64,000 nt of DNA from an uncultured Pseudomonadales bacterium (GTDB taxonomy: Bacteria; Patescibacteriota; Microgenomatia; UBA1400; PJMF01): contig CAZHLX010000001.1 in the NCBI GenBank assembly GCA_964533345.1, forward strand, positions 1,292 to 65,291, written 5' to 3'. Position numbers and translations under genes: made by a program. Shown here piece after piece: positions 30,801-38,923 of this stretch. How positions within the stretch are numbered: position 1 is the stretch's first letter; each line of letters opens with the position of its first letter. The notes beneath the pieces were generated by a model. It was not told where the DNA came from, made no database searches, and worked only from the letters and a program-made list of their open reading frames with translations.

Positions 30801-32022
30801 ACCACTTGTTTCTGAGCCAGCAGTTTCAAACATCACTACCAAGAAGGCAACTGTGATTTGGTCCACTAGTCGTACTTGTGATTCCAAACTTGCCTATGGT
30901 CCTGGCTCTGGTGATTACTTTGATGAAGAGGTATCTAACTCTGAGCATGTAACAAATCACGAGTTAACCATGTCAAATCTTTCTCCAGGTACAACTTATT
31001 ACTTTACTGCTAAGTGGACCGATGAAGATGGTAATACAGGTGAATCAGAGGAGTATTCGTTTACTACAGATCCACCTCCTTCAACAGAAGAACCAGTGGT
31101 GAAAGGAGTTGGTCTAGACTTTGCTTTCTTAGAATTTACTTCAAGAAATGCTGCTAAGGTCAGAATCTATTATGGTGAGTCATCTGCCTTTGGTGGGAGC
31201 AAAGAAATTGTTACTGGGACGGCTGAGGGCACACACACAGTTGAGATAGGTGATCTTAAAGATGGGACTAAGTACTATTACAAGATAAATACTTTTGATA
31301 TCGAAGATGAAGAGTATGAGGGTGAGATCCATTCATTTAAAACTTTGCCTAGACCAAAGATCTCTAAGATAAATGTTCAGCAAGTGAAGGGGACTGCCAA
31401 GCCAACAGTCTTTGTTTCTTGGTATTCCAATACTGAGATCTCTTCGATTGTGACTTACTATCCCACCCATGATGCTCATCGAGCTTTAGATGATGTCAAT
31501 GTAGCCCTTAAGTCTGGTCAGCATCGAGCTATTCTATCTAATTTAGAGCCAGAGACTACTTATAGCATTTTGATTAAGGGAAATGATGTGGCCGGCAATG
31601 AAGCATTGGGAGAAGTAATTCAGATTACTACTTCTGCTGATACTAGGCCGCCTCAAATTACAAATCTCAAGGTTGAAGGAGAGATAATTGGGACTGGTGA
31701 AGAAGCTACTGCTCAGTTAGTTGTCTCTTATAACACTGATGAGCTAACGACTTCTCAGATTGAGTATGGTGAAGGAAGTGGGACTACTTACTCACAAAAA
31801 ACTCAGGAAGATGGAAGCCTATCTACTCATCACTTAGTAGTTATCTCTGAGTTGACTCCTTCAAAGATCTACCACTTACGTGCTCTATCTAAAGATAGTG
31901 CTGGTAACTTAGCTCAATCTGTTGATAAAGTAGTTATAACCCCTAAAGCTACAGAGAGTGCTCTAGATTTGGTAATTACCAATATGTCTTCAGTCTTTGG
32001 TTTCTTAAGGAGAATTGAGTGA
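24895..32022 (+). CDS. Giant (2,375 aa) secreted/surface protein: two arrays of ~12 Kelch-like blades, two beta-sandwich plus FN3-like modules, and ~7 C-terminal FN3-like modules
   Basis: Signal-like SFLIALFVVCFFVFPSSISAES. The blade motif Y..RG....F(Y/W)(R/K)Y(D/S)xxxxxW recurs. FN3-type segments include YKIYRSTDNESF..YYYKVKA and TYYFTAKWTDEDGN. ATG 24895 is preferred over the TTG at 24871 used by the ORF track. Confidence 0.8.
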   Translation: MDKNLPPSLESKPSKKSSFLIALFVVCFFVFPSSISAESSTFTTRSDWDGGEKTSLETESKEGDLRLKSDGSWGARNWKTPDLTVSVGSAFASDGTDIYFSRGYGDNYFAKYSPATDRWTELTSMPYGTYYGADMEVLGDYVYMIFGGYQTAFARYSITNDSWEDLTDMPDLVYEGGSLVTDGTDIFALRGHYSQDFYKYDVSEGTWSPMAGITRTTRRGADLVHINGYIYSPRGYNTSYFYRYDISANTWSQMANTPASMYDDVNYTTDGTDIYATRGNNTTSFYKYTVSTNTWSTLATTPATIRYSGAVYHSGDGYIYVFRGNGQYEMWKYDIANNEFVGTVNTPAGLSTGSDMVYYNGYLYTPRGTNQTTFYRYNISNNSWETMAAAPDRFNDDTKGVVAGSYIYFYRGSNTTSFWRYDPGGNSWSTMAVPPSGVRYGGTLTYPGSGDYIYGTRGSMTRTFWRYSISGDSWDDGVVADLPTDAEAGYGARLVSDGTDVYYTAGHGISRLYKYDISEDTWTELANPPFSPYLGTDISLRGGKIYALAGWYETDFYEYTIATDSWRKLESLAGYYATDMGPYAGASIEYDQSSSFYISRGNGRLDVLNYTPGSNDYVANGTWISPAQDLSYVSSWTSLTSSSTTPDDSSISFQTRSSSDNVSWTDWQDVSGTTIASSAQRYIQVKATLTASTDRGDTPTLEAVSINYVGDETDPVNPDTFTGSSQEIGGEDLTSGAFYRHTRPYFTWTGDSDGQTSVAGYYVYFGTNESADPETDGIYQTDDDYEPNISATGTYYLIVKTKDIAGNISDSVTGFTYKYNGISPAQSLTVDETSEFLGTTSDTSVSGDQIKLESKAGFWLQDRLSLTPGSMQYGAKNVAYVESSNKLYVFRGNNSTTFYEYDITTDTWSTKAAAPETVRMGGGVIEGPEGYLYGMRGNNDTSFWRYDIEDDEWSDEDATDAPLTIYYGGSLVYDGSQYIYVMRGNNDDAFWRYDTQSDEWESLSTVDFGATNDAVNNNAYISADLAIDQENQLVYATQGNYRDGFSVYDINTNEWTVLTDLPALPYLGSSIEFDDVSNSIYFMPGYYKDLLFKYDVSGQTWTQVSSAPATFYYGGNIRKAGDNFYALRGANSTSFYKYDIAKDSWLSPTRGLFGNEFRSSSLLNVYYGADIVKGDSNNFYLTRGYYANNFVRWNSQTGELTELSNTPVGVYNGSSMVYDSTNNKIYLTGGAYVQKFYVYDITTDVWSEEVDDPMPANVNYGASMVYDGSRYIYMNRGGNGSNLYRFDTQGSSGSKWDTMANAPAGLGYGAELALYNGYIYTMRGQNVANNPLYRYDISQDSWVSSLSPLSIDIYNDGFMANGGDGYLYVARGENDTEFYRYSVSGDEWSTLDEVPASVNEGGSGESDGDSKVFVMPGSGSNTHADGLYTYVAQTNNSSFEESGSYETQSHDLVSVYKWVSLAIDYSLDSNASLSIQTRSSSDNSDWSSWTAVSNEKLDGSTYYYQINSPEARYLQVKLNFASADGVRSAAMNSYTINYFQDTSVPTNPSNDGLSAYSDDGQSDAIVSNTWYAHSAPYFDWPDAEETNGASDGTSQSGVAGYYVYFGTDEEVDPELGGAYQLTSDYTASGLTTDTTYYLRIKTRDDAGNVSSETWSPFIYKYDSQGPSSIENLVSDPAGYTSTNSFDFSWDEASSSGAIVTGYCYKTGATEGDYAADQCITENSIEAVPAYQAGANTFYVRSKDQASNYSEYSTVSYFFADIENAPAPPMNLTVTPEVSTENSFAFDWDPPAEGTFYGSASNLSYYYSINALPTESSTTTTSLTELKAGAFATLPGENMFYLCTMDEAGNINYGDYASVAFTANTTAPGIPLNIDIADVSVKSTESWKLAISWEEPTQAGAGVSSYKIYRSTDNESFELAATSGGISYVDVNLDQEMYYYKVKACDNTNNCGEFSDIVNYLPDGKYTVAAPLVSEPAVSNITTKKATVIWSTSRTCDSKLAYGPGSGDYFDEEVSNSEHVTNHELTMSNLSPGTTYYFTAKWTDEDGNTGESEEYSFTTDPPPSTEEPVVKGVGLDFAFLEFTSRNAAKVRIYYGESSAFGGSKEIVTGTAEGTHTVEIGDLKDGTKYYYKINTFDIEDEEYEGEIHSFKTLPRPKISKINVQQVKGTAKPTVFVSWYSNTEISSIVTYYPTHDAHRALDDVNVALKSGQHRAILSNLEPETTYSILIKGNDVAGNEALGEVIQITTSADTRPPQITNLKVEGEIIGTGEEATAQLVVSYNTDELTTSQIEYGEGSGTTYSQKTQEDGSLSTHHLVVISELTPSKIYHLRALSKDSAGNLAQSVDKVVITPKATESALDLVITNMSSVFGFLRRIE

Positions 32023-32420
32023 TGATTAAGTTAAAGTTAAAACTAACCAAGAGACAAGTCATAGTTCAAAGCATTGCCTTAGTGATTGGTCTGATCTGTT
32101 CATTAGTGATCTTTAATTATCAGCAGAATCAGGCTTTAAAGTTTGATGTGACTTGGAACAGTCCTCAGGAGGCAATGATATTTTGGAAGACACCAACTCC
32201 AACCATAGGGTATGTTAAGTATGGGCAGAAGAAATTGTTTTTGGACCAAACTCAAGATCAATTAAGTGGAGAACCAGGTGATATCCACCTAGTCATTCTA
32301 AGTGGTCTTCCGGTTGGGGAAGAAACCTTTATCTCGATCAGAAACAAAGAAGATAGTTTTCTTCGATGGCCAGCAAAAATGAGTATTAATTATGAACAGG
32401 AAGTAGATGAGCAAATCTAA
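32022..32420 (+). CDS. Small single-TM protein with one FN3-like module
   Basis: Its ATG overlaps the giant ORF stop (TGATG, 32020-32024). TM is VIVQSIALVIGLICSLVIF. VTWNSPQEAMIFWKTPTPTIGYVKYG...GDIHLVILSGLPVGEETFISI resembles the C-terminal modules of the giant ORF. Confidence 0.6.
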   Translation: MIKLKLKLTKRQVIVQSIALVIGLICSLVIFNYQQNQALKFDVTWNSPQEAMIFWKTPTPTIGYVKYGQKKLFLDQTQDQLSGEPGDIHLVILSGLPVGEETFISIRNKEDSFLRWPAKMSINYEQEVDEQI

Positions 32421-35400
32421 TAAAAGTACTTCTAGCGTTGTGACTGATATCAAGGATGTACATAAAACATTCTTAGTTGGTGAGCAAGAGATTGAAATTC
32501 TTAAAGGAATAAACTTCCAGGTCTATAAGGGAGACTTTTTAGTTCTATTTGGTCCATCAGGATGTGGGAAAAGCACAGTTCTAAATACCATCTTAGGTCT
32601 TGAACCACCCACAAAAGGAAATGTGAGTTTCCTTGGTAAAGACTTATACAAATATAATGAAGATGAGCGGGCTGTGATCAGAAAAAAAGAGATCGGTATG
32701 GTTTATCAGCAATCAAACTGGATAAAGGCTTTGAATGTGATTGAGAATATTTGTTTTCCTTTGACTCTATCTGGAGTTTCTACTACAGAAGCAGAGAAAA
32801 GAGCCATGGAATTATTAAAAATGGTTGATATGGAACATGCTGCTCTCCAAATTCCAACAGAGTTGTCTTCAGGGCAGCAACAGCGCATTTCACTAACTCG
32901 GGCTCTAATTACAGATCCGGCAGTGATTATTGCTGATGAGCCGACTGGAAACTTAGACTCAAAAGCTGGCACTGAGATTATGAATCTCTTTAAAGAGTTT
33001 AATGATAAGAGTACAACCGTTATCATGGTTACTCATGACTTAGAGTACTTGAGTTATGCTACCCGTTCAGTCTCTATGTTGGATGGTCAGGTGACAGATG
33101 TTTACAAGGCTGGTGACAAAGCATTGAAAAACTTAAGTGTCTCAAAAAAAGTTCATAATGAAATTAAACCTTCAGATAAAAAAGACAAGAAAGAAGAGCC
33201 ATCTAAGGAGTTAGATTCTCAAGAGGGAGGGATAAAGCTCAAGAGAATCAAGAAGACTAAAAAGAAAAAAATGAAAAATAAACTAAATAACCTCTGGCAG
33301 ATAATTAAGGGCTATAAGTTTTCTATTAATGACTTAAAAAAACTTAAAGACAACACCTTGTTCTTCAGTACTTTCTTATTCTTATTGCTAATTACCTTGA
33401 GTATAGAGATTCTTTCCCCTTTGGGAAGGATTAAGTTTATTCAAGAAAAGTTCAAGTCACCTCTTAAAAAATTAGAATCATTTTATGAGAAAGCTGTGGG
33501 GTTCTTTGATACGGCTGAACCAGATACCATTAGCTCGTCAGCTTTGATTACTTTGGCTTTACGTCATTTAAAGGCTAAAAGAACTCGTACCATAATTACG
33601 ATTGGTGGAATGGCCATCGGAATCGGCGCGATTGTGCTACTTCTTTCTTTGGGATATGGATTTCAACGATTAGTTGTTTCAAGGGTAGCTCGTCTTGATG
33701 AGATGAAACAAGCTGATGTGGCTATTGGCCAAGCCTCTTCATTGTCTTTAAATGAATCTGCTTTGAACAGCTTCAAAGAGATTGAGTATGTAGAGCATGT
33801 CTTGCCTTTGGTATCTTTGGTTTCTAAAGTTAGCTTTAACAACTCTGTTTCTGATGTGGTGGCCTATGGGGTGACAAGTGAGTTTTTGAATCAATCAGCG
33901 ATAAATACAATTCACGGAAAGATGTTTGAGAGTAGTGATGACTTAAGTTTGGTAGATCATGATCAACAAGGGATGGTAGCAGGCTACTCTATTGAAGTGA
34001 GAACTGATGCTAAGTTGAAAAAAGAAGTTTATGAAATAAATTACTCTCTAGAACCACTTGTATGGAAGCCAGTCTATCAAGAGCCAAGCCAAGATTCAGA
34101 TATCATTGGCTACACCAAACGTACTGTGGGCGACCAGGAAGCAGTTGAGGTTTGGGGTGATTCTTATCCAGAGGCAGATCCGTCTTTGGCTGGGATTGAT
34201 GCCTATGGAAATCAATATGACCGTTGGGTCAAAAACTCATTCCCAATCTGGGAAAAAGAAAGCTGTGTTGAAGAAGATCCTGATTGTTTTGGAAATGAGT
34301 ATCTTTTATCAAAAGTAGGGACGAACCAACTAGTTACTGATGGATACTTGACTGAAGACAGATTAATTATTGAGAGATTCAGTATTCTTGATAATGGATT
34401 GTCAGAGCCAAGTGAAGGGGCTTTTATTGAGCAAGTTCAGTTTCACTTAGGAGAGAAGTGGGTGCAGACCTATCTTCATCCTAAAAACAGTGAGGTCTTG
34501 TTGGGGCTATTTACCCAATCTGAGAATGGGGGCGATTTAGTTGAGGGTGATTTAGTCTGGGGAGAATCCTATGCAGATGATGAAGGCAGAGGCAACATGG
34601 GACAGAATGAAAATAACCAGTGGTTAGGTTACTGGATTAGGGCGGAGTTGCCACTATGGCGTAAGGTTGACTGCCAAGATTGTGATAACTACTATTTGGT
34701 AGAGAGAGACGAGGCAGAAGAGCAGATTACACGTAGTGTTTATTTCCCAGCTAATTTAGTTGAAGTAGAGAATTTACCAGAATTTAATCAAGGTCAAGTT
34801 CTAGGAGAGGCAACCGGCAGTGCTGAGGTTAATCTAGATGAAATCTTAAAGATGATTGATTCTGAATCAAGTGGATCAGCAGAAGCGAGTGCAACTTCTG
34901 AGCTATTTGCTGAGCTAGGTTGGGTGGAGATTGCCTCTGCGGCTGGGGTAGTTGAGAAAGATCCCACTTCTATTGATCAAGTCCCTTTGACTGATGATGC
35001 CCAGAAGTTAGCGGTAGTTAATCAAGCCATGTTGAGATTGCTGGGGATTGAAGAAGGAAAAGCTGTTGGTGAATCTATTCTTGCTACTTTAGTTTTTGAC
35101 AACTCACTTTTTAGTCAGGAAGAGTATCAGGCAGAGTCAGTAGAAGAAGAGTTTAAGATTATTGGGGTAGTTCCAGGGAATGATACACCCGCTTTTTACT
35201 TCCCCTTTAGTGATCTCAAGGGGACTGGGATTGAGAACTTCACTCAGATGAAAGTAGTTGCTGTAGATAAGGATGATCTTAAAGAAGTTAGGGTTGCTAT
35301 CGAGTCTATGGGGTTCAAGACCTCATCCGTTGTGGATACTGTGGGTAAGATTAATGGATTATTTAACAATATCCGGTTAGTTCTTTTCTTCTTAGGTCTG

Positions 35401-35787
35401 ATCGCGTTAGGGGTAGCAGCTTTGGGAATGTTTAATACTCTGACAGTTTCACTATTGGAAAAAACTAGAGAGGTGGGGTTAATGAAGGCGATGGGAATGA
35501 AATCTGATGAGGTCAAGCGCTTATTCTTAGCAGAGTCTATTGTGATTGGTCTCTCAGGTGGCCTGGCTGGCCTGGCACTGGGTTTTGTTTTAGGAAAACT
35601 AATTAGTGCCAGTCTGTCTACGGTAGCTGTTGCCAAGGGAGTGGGAGTTATTGATGTTGTCTTTATTCCTCCTCACTTAGCAATCTCGATCATAGTTTTG
35701 TCACTAGTAGTGGGGGTATTCACTGGTATCTTCCCGGCAAGGAGAACTACCAAGATTTCAGCATTAAATGCACTTCGTTATGAGTAA
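32407..35787 (+). CDS. Fused ABC ATPase plus MacB/FtsX-type permease (type VII ABC) with a ~560-aa extracytoplasmic domain
   Basis: Walker A GPSGCGKST, Q-loop, signature LSSGQQQRISLTRAL, Walker B IIADEPTGNLD, H-loop VTHD. A Lys-rich linker follows. The MacB-type TM1 context is ALRHLKAKRTRTIITIGGMAIGIGAIV. The C-terminal FtsX three-TM bundle ends ...ALNALRYE. Its start overlaps the preceding ORF by 14 nt. Confidence 0.85.
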   Translation: MSKSNKSTSSVVTDIKDVHKTFLVGEQEIEILKGINFQVYKGDFLVLFGPSGCGKSTVLNTILGLEPPTKGNVSFLGKDLYKYNEDERAVIRKKEIGMVYQQSNWIKALNVIENICFPLTLSGVSTTEAEKRAMELLKMVDMEHAALQIPTELSSGQQQRISLTRALITDPAVIIADEPTGNLDSKAGTEIMNLFKEFNDKSTTVIMVTHDLEYLSYATRSVSMLDGQVTDVYKAGDKALKNLSVSKKVHNEIKPSDKKDKKEEPSKELDSQEGGIKLKRIKKTKKKKMKNKLNNLWQIIKGYKFSINDLKKLKDNTLFFSTFLFLLLITLSIEILSPLGRIKFIQEKFKSPLKKLESFYEKAVGFFDTAEPDTISSSALITLALRHLKAKRTRTIITIGGMAIGIGAIVLLLSLGYGFQRLVVSRVARLDEMKQADVAIGQASSLSLNESALNSFKEIEYVEHVLPLVSLVSKVSFNNSVSDVVAYGVTSEFLNQSAINTIHGKMFESSDDLSLVDHDQQGMVAGYSIEVRTDAKLKKEVYEINYSLEPLVWKPVYQEPSQDSDIIGYTKRTVGDQEAVEVWGDSYPEADPSLAGIDAYGNQYDRWVKNSFPIWEKESCVEEDPDCFGNEYLLSKVGTNQLVTDGYLTEDRLIIERFSILDNGLSEPSEGAFIEQVQFHLGEKWVQTYLHPKNSEVLLGLFTQSENGGDLVEGDLVWGESYADDEGRGNMGQNENNQWLGYWIRAELPLWRKVDCQDCDNYYLVERDEAEEQITRSVYFPANLVEVENLPEFNQGQVLGEATGSAEVNLDEILKMIDSESSGSAEASATSELFAELGWVEIASAAGVVEKDPTSIDQVPLTDDAQKLAVVNQAMLRLLGIEEGKAVGESILATLVFDNSLFSQEEYQAESVEEEFKIIGVVPGNDTPAFYFPFSDLKGTGIENFTQMKVVAVDKDDLKEVRVAIESMGFKTSSVVDTVGKINGLFNNIRLVLFFLGLIALGVAALGMFNTLTVSLLEKTREVGLMKAMGMKSDEVKRLFLAESIVIGLSGGLAGLALGFVLGKLISASLSTVAVAKGVGVIDVVFIPPHLAISIIVLSLVVGVFTGIFPARRTTKISALNALRYE

Positions 35788-35805
35788 AAGTCAGAGATAG
35801 CTAGG

Positions 35806-36114
35806 CTACTCTGTAGGTTGATCATCAGGACTCATGCCTAATAACCACATCACAGCTTCTTTTTTATAGCGACGATCGCCACGAGAGTTGATGCGAATAG
35901 CAGGAAGTTTACCACGCTTGCCCCAGCGTTTAATAGTCAGTGGTGAGACTCTGAGTAGATCTGCTACCTCGCGGACTGTTAGGAGGTCAGGGAGGTTGTT
36001 GATATCTAAATCAGCTGCATCAGTAGCACGACCAGTTTTCTTTTGATCACTTTTGGACATGGCTTCATCTAAGTTGTCGTTGTTGACTGTTTGGTCAGTC
36101 ATATTTTCCTCCAT
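35806..36114 (-). CDS. Excisionase/MerR-type helix-turn-helix DNA-binding protein
   Basis: LLTVREVADLLRVSPLTIKRWGKRGKLPAIRINSRGDRRYKKEAV is the HTH_17/excisionase-family signature. The N-terminal half is acidic and low-complexity. Confidence 0.7.
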   Translation of the reverse strand: MEENMTDQTVNNDNLDEAMSKSDQKKTGRATDAADLDINNLPDLLTVREVADLLRVSPLTIKRWGKRGKLPAIRINSRGDRRYKKEAVMWLLGMSPDDQPTE

Positions 36115-36387
36115 ATAAATAGAACTTAATACTGACCTGGTGAGAGAAGAAGAGGTTTTGAGAGGTTTGGAAGCCTTACCTCAGGGCAGGTTCACAATAC
36201 ATCAAAATCGCACTTACTTACTATCAAAAGTAGCAGACAAAGACAAACTGGGTCAAGGAGTAATTTCACCTGGTAAAAAACCCAAAGCTCAATCGCTTTG
36301 TTTTTCACTACATAAGACCTATATTATGAAAACAAAGATCCTGTAATGTTTTTAATGTGGAAAAAGTTGGCAAAATAGCCTGGTACT

Positions 36388-36416
36388 AAAAACCCCGCTT
36401 AGTTGCGGGGTTTTTT
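36388..36416 (-). terminator. Rho-independent terminator after rplL (symmetric, usable in both directions)
   Basis: aaaaCCCCGCttagttGCGGGGtttttt: a 6-bp GC stem (36393-36398 / 36405-36410) flanked by A and T runs. Confidence 0.7.
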
Positions 36417-36444
36417 CGTTACCTAATTAAAGGTGAGTGTAGTT

Positions 36445-36825
36445 TTATTTAAGTTCAACTACACAGCCAGCCTCTTCTAAAGCCTTTTTGGCTTCAGCAG
36501 CGGCATCTTTACCAGCGCTCTCGAGCACGGTTTGAGGAGTGGACTCCACAAATTTCTTGGCGTCACTAAGACCCAAGTCAGGCTTGAGGGCACGGACGGC
36601 TTTAATAGCGCCGATCTTGTTTGAACCTGCATCCTTGAGGATGACGTCAAACTCAGATTGCTCTTCAGCTGGAGCAGCAGCATCACCACCAGCGGCGGGA
36701 GCGGCGGCCATAACTGGAGCAGCAGCGCTGACACCGAATTCATCTTCCAAAGCTTTAACTAGCTCTGAAACTTCTGTTAATGAAAGTTTTTTAACTTCAT
36801 CAACGATTTTTTGGACATCTGCCAT
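36445..36825 (-). CDS. rplL: Ribosomal protein L7/L12
   Basis: [32 protein letters not shown], an Ala/Pro hinge, and the C-terminal [21 protein letters not shown]. The start is taken at the MADVQ Met rather than the upstream Met of the ORF track. Confidence 0.9.
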   Translation of the reverse strand: MADVQKIVDEVKKLSLTEVSELVKALEDEFGVSAAAPVMAAAPAAGGDAAAPAEEQSEFDVILKDAGSNKIGAIKAVRALKPDLGLSDAKKFVESTPQTVLESAGKDAAAEAKKALEEAGCVVELK

Positions 36826-36850
36826 ATGTACCTCCTTGTTACTTACTAAT

Positions 36851-37360
36851 TTAGTTGGCTTCTTTTTCACTAATAGCTTTTAAGACGTAAACCAAGTTCT
36901 TTTGTGAGGCGCTAAGGACATTAACTAGGCCATAAGCGGGTCCTTGGATACGTGAGATTAAAGTAGCAATCAACTCATCCTTAGATGGTAATTTGCTTAG
37001 TTCTAGGATCTCCTCAGTGCTGAGCACTTTATCGTCCATTCCACCTTGTCTAATCTCTAATTTATTTTCTTCTTCATGGAAATTAACCACTTGTTTAAAT
37101 CCTGCAATCTCATCCTCGTATGAAAAAATAATAGCGTTCATCCCATTGAGGGAATCAGCAAACTCTTGGTTGTCTAAAGCTAGACTTACTAGAGTATTTT
37201 TGGCGACGATAAATTCAGCACCAGCTTTTTTGAGCTCACCACGAAGTTTAACTTGGTCAGAGACTGAAGTTCCCTCGTAATTAACGATCGCAAAAGCTTT
37301 AGCCTTGCTTAATTTATCCTTAAGCATGGTTAGCTGATCTTGATTGTGTTGATTTGGCAT
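36851..37360 (-). CDS. rplJ: Ribosomal protein L10
   Basis: Typical L10 N-terminus (...[37 protein letters not shown]) and a position directly upstream of rplL. Confidence 0.9.
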   Translation of the reverse strand: MPNQHNQDQLTMLKDKLSKAKAFAIVNYEGTSVSDQVKLRGELKKAGAEFIVAKNTLVSLALDNQEFADSLNGMNAIIFSYEDEIAGFKQVVNFHEEENKLEIRQGGMDDKVLSTEEILELSKLPSKDELIATLISRIQGPAYGLVNVLSASQKNLVYVLKAISEKEAN

Positions 37361-37476
37361 AAGAATTCCTTTTATTAATCCTTGGCCAAAGAGAGTGTGA
37401 GAAAAAACACAGACGAAGTTATCTGATCTCCTCGGTGTGTCTTATTGGTTTGCACACTGTCTTTGGAATAGATCGG
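37361..37476 (-). promoter_or_regulatory. Candidate L10-leader-type structured 5' UTR of rplJ-rplL
   Basis: A 14-nt long-range inverted repeat (13/14 complementary), ccaaagagagtgtg (37386-37399) and cacactgtctttgg (37453-37466), encloses ~53 nt. An extended -10-like TGcTATACT is on the minus strand at ~37478-37486. Confidence 0.35.
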
Positions 37477-37490
37477 TAGTATAGCATATA

Positions 37491-38366
37491 ATGCCGTTTA
37501 TGTCTTATGTGGTCATTGCCTTATTATCTCTAGTAGCTTTTTCTATTTACAATGTTTTGCAGAAAGTGGCAATCAAGTACTTAGTTAGCGATAATTTCAT
37601 ATTTAGTTTTTATTACTATCTATTTGTAATTCTATTACTAGTCCCGATGATCTTCTTGGGGAAGATAGTTTGGCCGACTCCTGCTCAGATACCAATGATT
37701 GCGGCTGCTGGTTTGATCAGAACAGTCATGTTTGTGACCTATCTTTGGACTCTAAAGAAGCTTGACGTGACTGTGATTACTTCGATGTTTAACTTGAGAG
37801 TCATCTTAGTGGGTTTAGCTGAGATGTTGGTGTTAGGAACAGTTTTTTCTTGGGGGAAATATGCTTGGATGTTGGTGCTATTTGTGGGAGGAATCTTTTT
37901 GAGTATGGATGAGAAATTCAACTGGCGCTCGTTTTTTAGTCCGGTGATGGCAGTCTTTGGTTTAGTTTTAGTCATGTCTACTTCTCAATACATGGCGATT
38001 AGCAAAGGATTAGCAATTACTGATCTGTGGACTTTTACTTTCTGGAACTTTGTCTTTTCTCTAGTTGGCTTGATCCCAATCTTGATTTATCAACGAAAAA
38101 ACATCAAATTACCTCTGAAAACGACTGGGATTTTGGCGGTGATCACCACCACTTTTTTGACAGGAGTTATTTTAGAAAGTCAGGCAGTTTCAATGAATCC
38201 TACTGGAACGACTGCTGTACTGTCTCTACCAGGATCAATGCTATTGGCAATGGTGGTAGCTAAGATTAAGCCAGATTTGATTGAGAATCATACCTGGAAA
38301 GTCTATGCAGTTCGTCTTGCTAGTGTGGCGGTGATGACTCTGGCTGTGTGGCAGATAGTACGCTAA
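37491..38366 (+). CDS. DMT-superfamily (EamA-like) transporter
   Basis: 291 aa, ~10 TM helices, duplicated five-TM layout. Confidence 0.6.
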   Translation: MPFMSYVVIALLSLVAFSIYNVLQKVAIKYLVSDNFIFSFYYYLFVILLLVPMIFLGKIVWPTPAQIPMIAAAGLIRTVMFVTYLWTLKKLDVTVITSMFNLRVILVGLAEMLVLGTVFSWGKYAWMLVLFVGGIFLSMDEKFNWRSFFSPVMAVFGLVLVMSTSQYMAISKGLAITDLWTFTFWNFVFSLVGLIPILIYQRKNIKLPLKTTGILAVITTTFLTGVILESQAVSMNPTGTTAVLSLPGSMLLAMVVAKIKPDLIENHTWKVYAVRLASVAVMTLAVWQIVR

Positions 38367-38376
38367 GATTAAGAAG

Positions 38377-38922
38377 ATGAGTAATGATATTCATTCTATA
38401 GAAATTGCTGGTGTTAAGCGAGATTTACCTCTTTTTGCTGTCAATGAAAATTTGAAAATTGCCCTATTCAACATTCTAGGGGATACTGAGGTAGTAGTTG
38501 CAGCTGCCAAGGCTTTGGTTGAGAAACTTCCAAAAGAGATTGAGGTATTAGTTACTCCTGAAGTGAAGAGTGTGCCACTGGCATTTGAGATGTCGCGGAT
38601 CAGTGGTTTGCCCTATGTGGTGACTAGAAAAATCAGGAAGCCTTACATGGAGGATGCTCTAGGAGCAGAGGTGGTCACTATTACTACTGGTAAGCCTCAG
38701 ACTCTGTGGCTAGATGGGAAAGATAAGGAGCTAATTAAGAATGCAAAGGTGGCTCTAGTTGATGATGTAGCCAGCACCGGAAGTACCTTCCAGGGTTTGC
38801 GTAAGTTGATGAAGAAAGCTAGAGCAGAAGTTGCTGCTGAAGTAGTGGTTTTTACTGAAGGTGATGAGGATCAATGGCAAGGGGTGATTTCTCTTGGTCA
38901 TTTGCCTCTTTTTAAGGATTAA
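38377..38922 (+). CDS. Type I phosphoribosyltransferase (adenine/purine PRT-like)
   Basis: PRPP-binding motif [15 protein letters not shown]. Size (181 aa) and position next to mtnN fit purine/adenine salvage. Confidence 0.7.
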   Translation: MSNDIHSIEIAGVKRDLPLFAVNENLKIALFNILGDTEVVVAAAKALVEKLPKEIEVLVTPEVKSVPLAFEMSRISGLPYVVTRKIRKPYMEDALGAEVVTITTGKPQTLWLDGKDKELIKNAKVALVDDVASTGSTFQGLRKLMKKARAEVAAEVVVFTEGDEDQWQGVISLGHLPLFKD

Positions 38923-38923
38923 T

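Noticed and set aside
35806-36114. Excisionase-family HTH protein as evidence for a prophage or integrative element carrying the giant-protein operon
   Set aside because: No integrase, recombinase, att-like direct repeats or phage genes are in the window. Stand-alone HTH_17 proteins are common transcription factors.
36140-36346. 68-aa GTG-start ORF in the rplL / HTH-gene spacer
   Set aside because: It has no SD and no recognisable motif, and it lies in the likely promoter region of the HTH gene. Support is insufficient.
36477-36883. ORFs 36477-36743 (-) and 36539-36883 (+) overlapping rplL, and similar shadow ORFs inside leuS, comEC, argS, rplJ, rplA, nusG, the giant ORF and the ABC gene
   Set aside because: They are alternative-frame or antisense shadows of strongly supported genes. 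They have low-complexity or biased composition and no independent signals.
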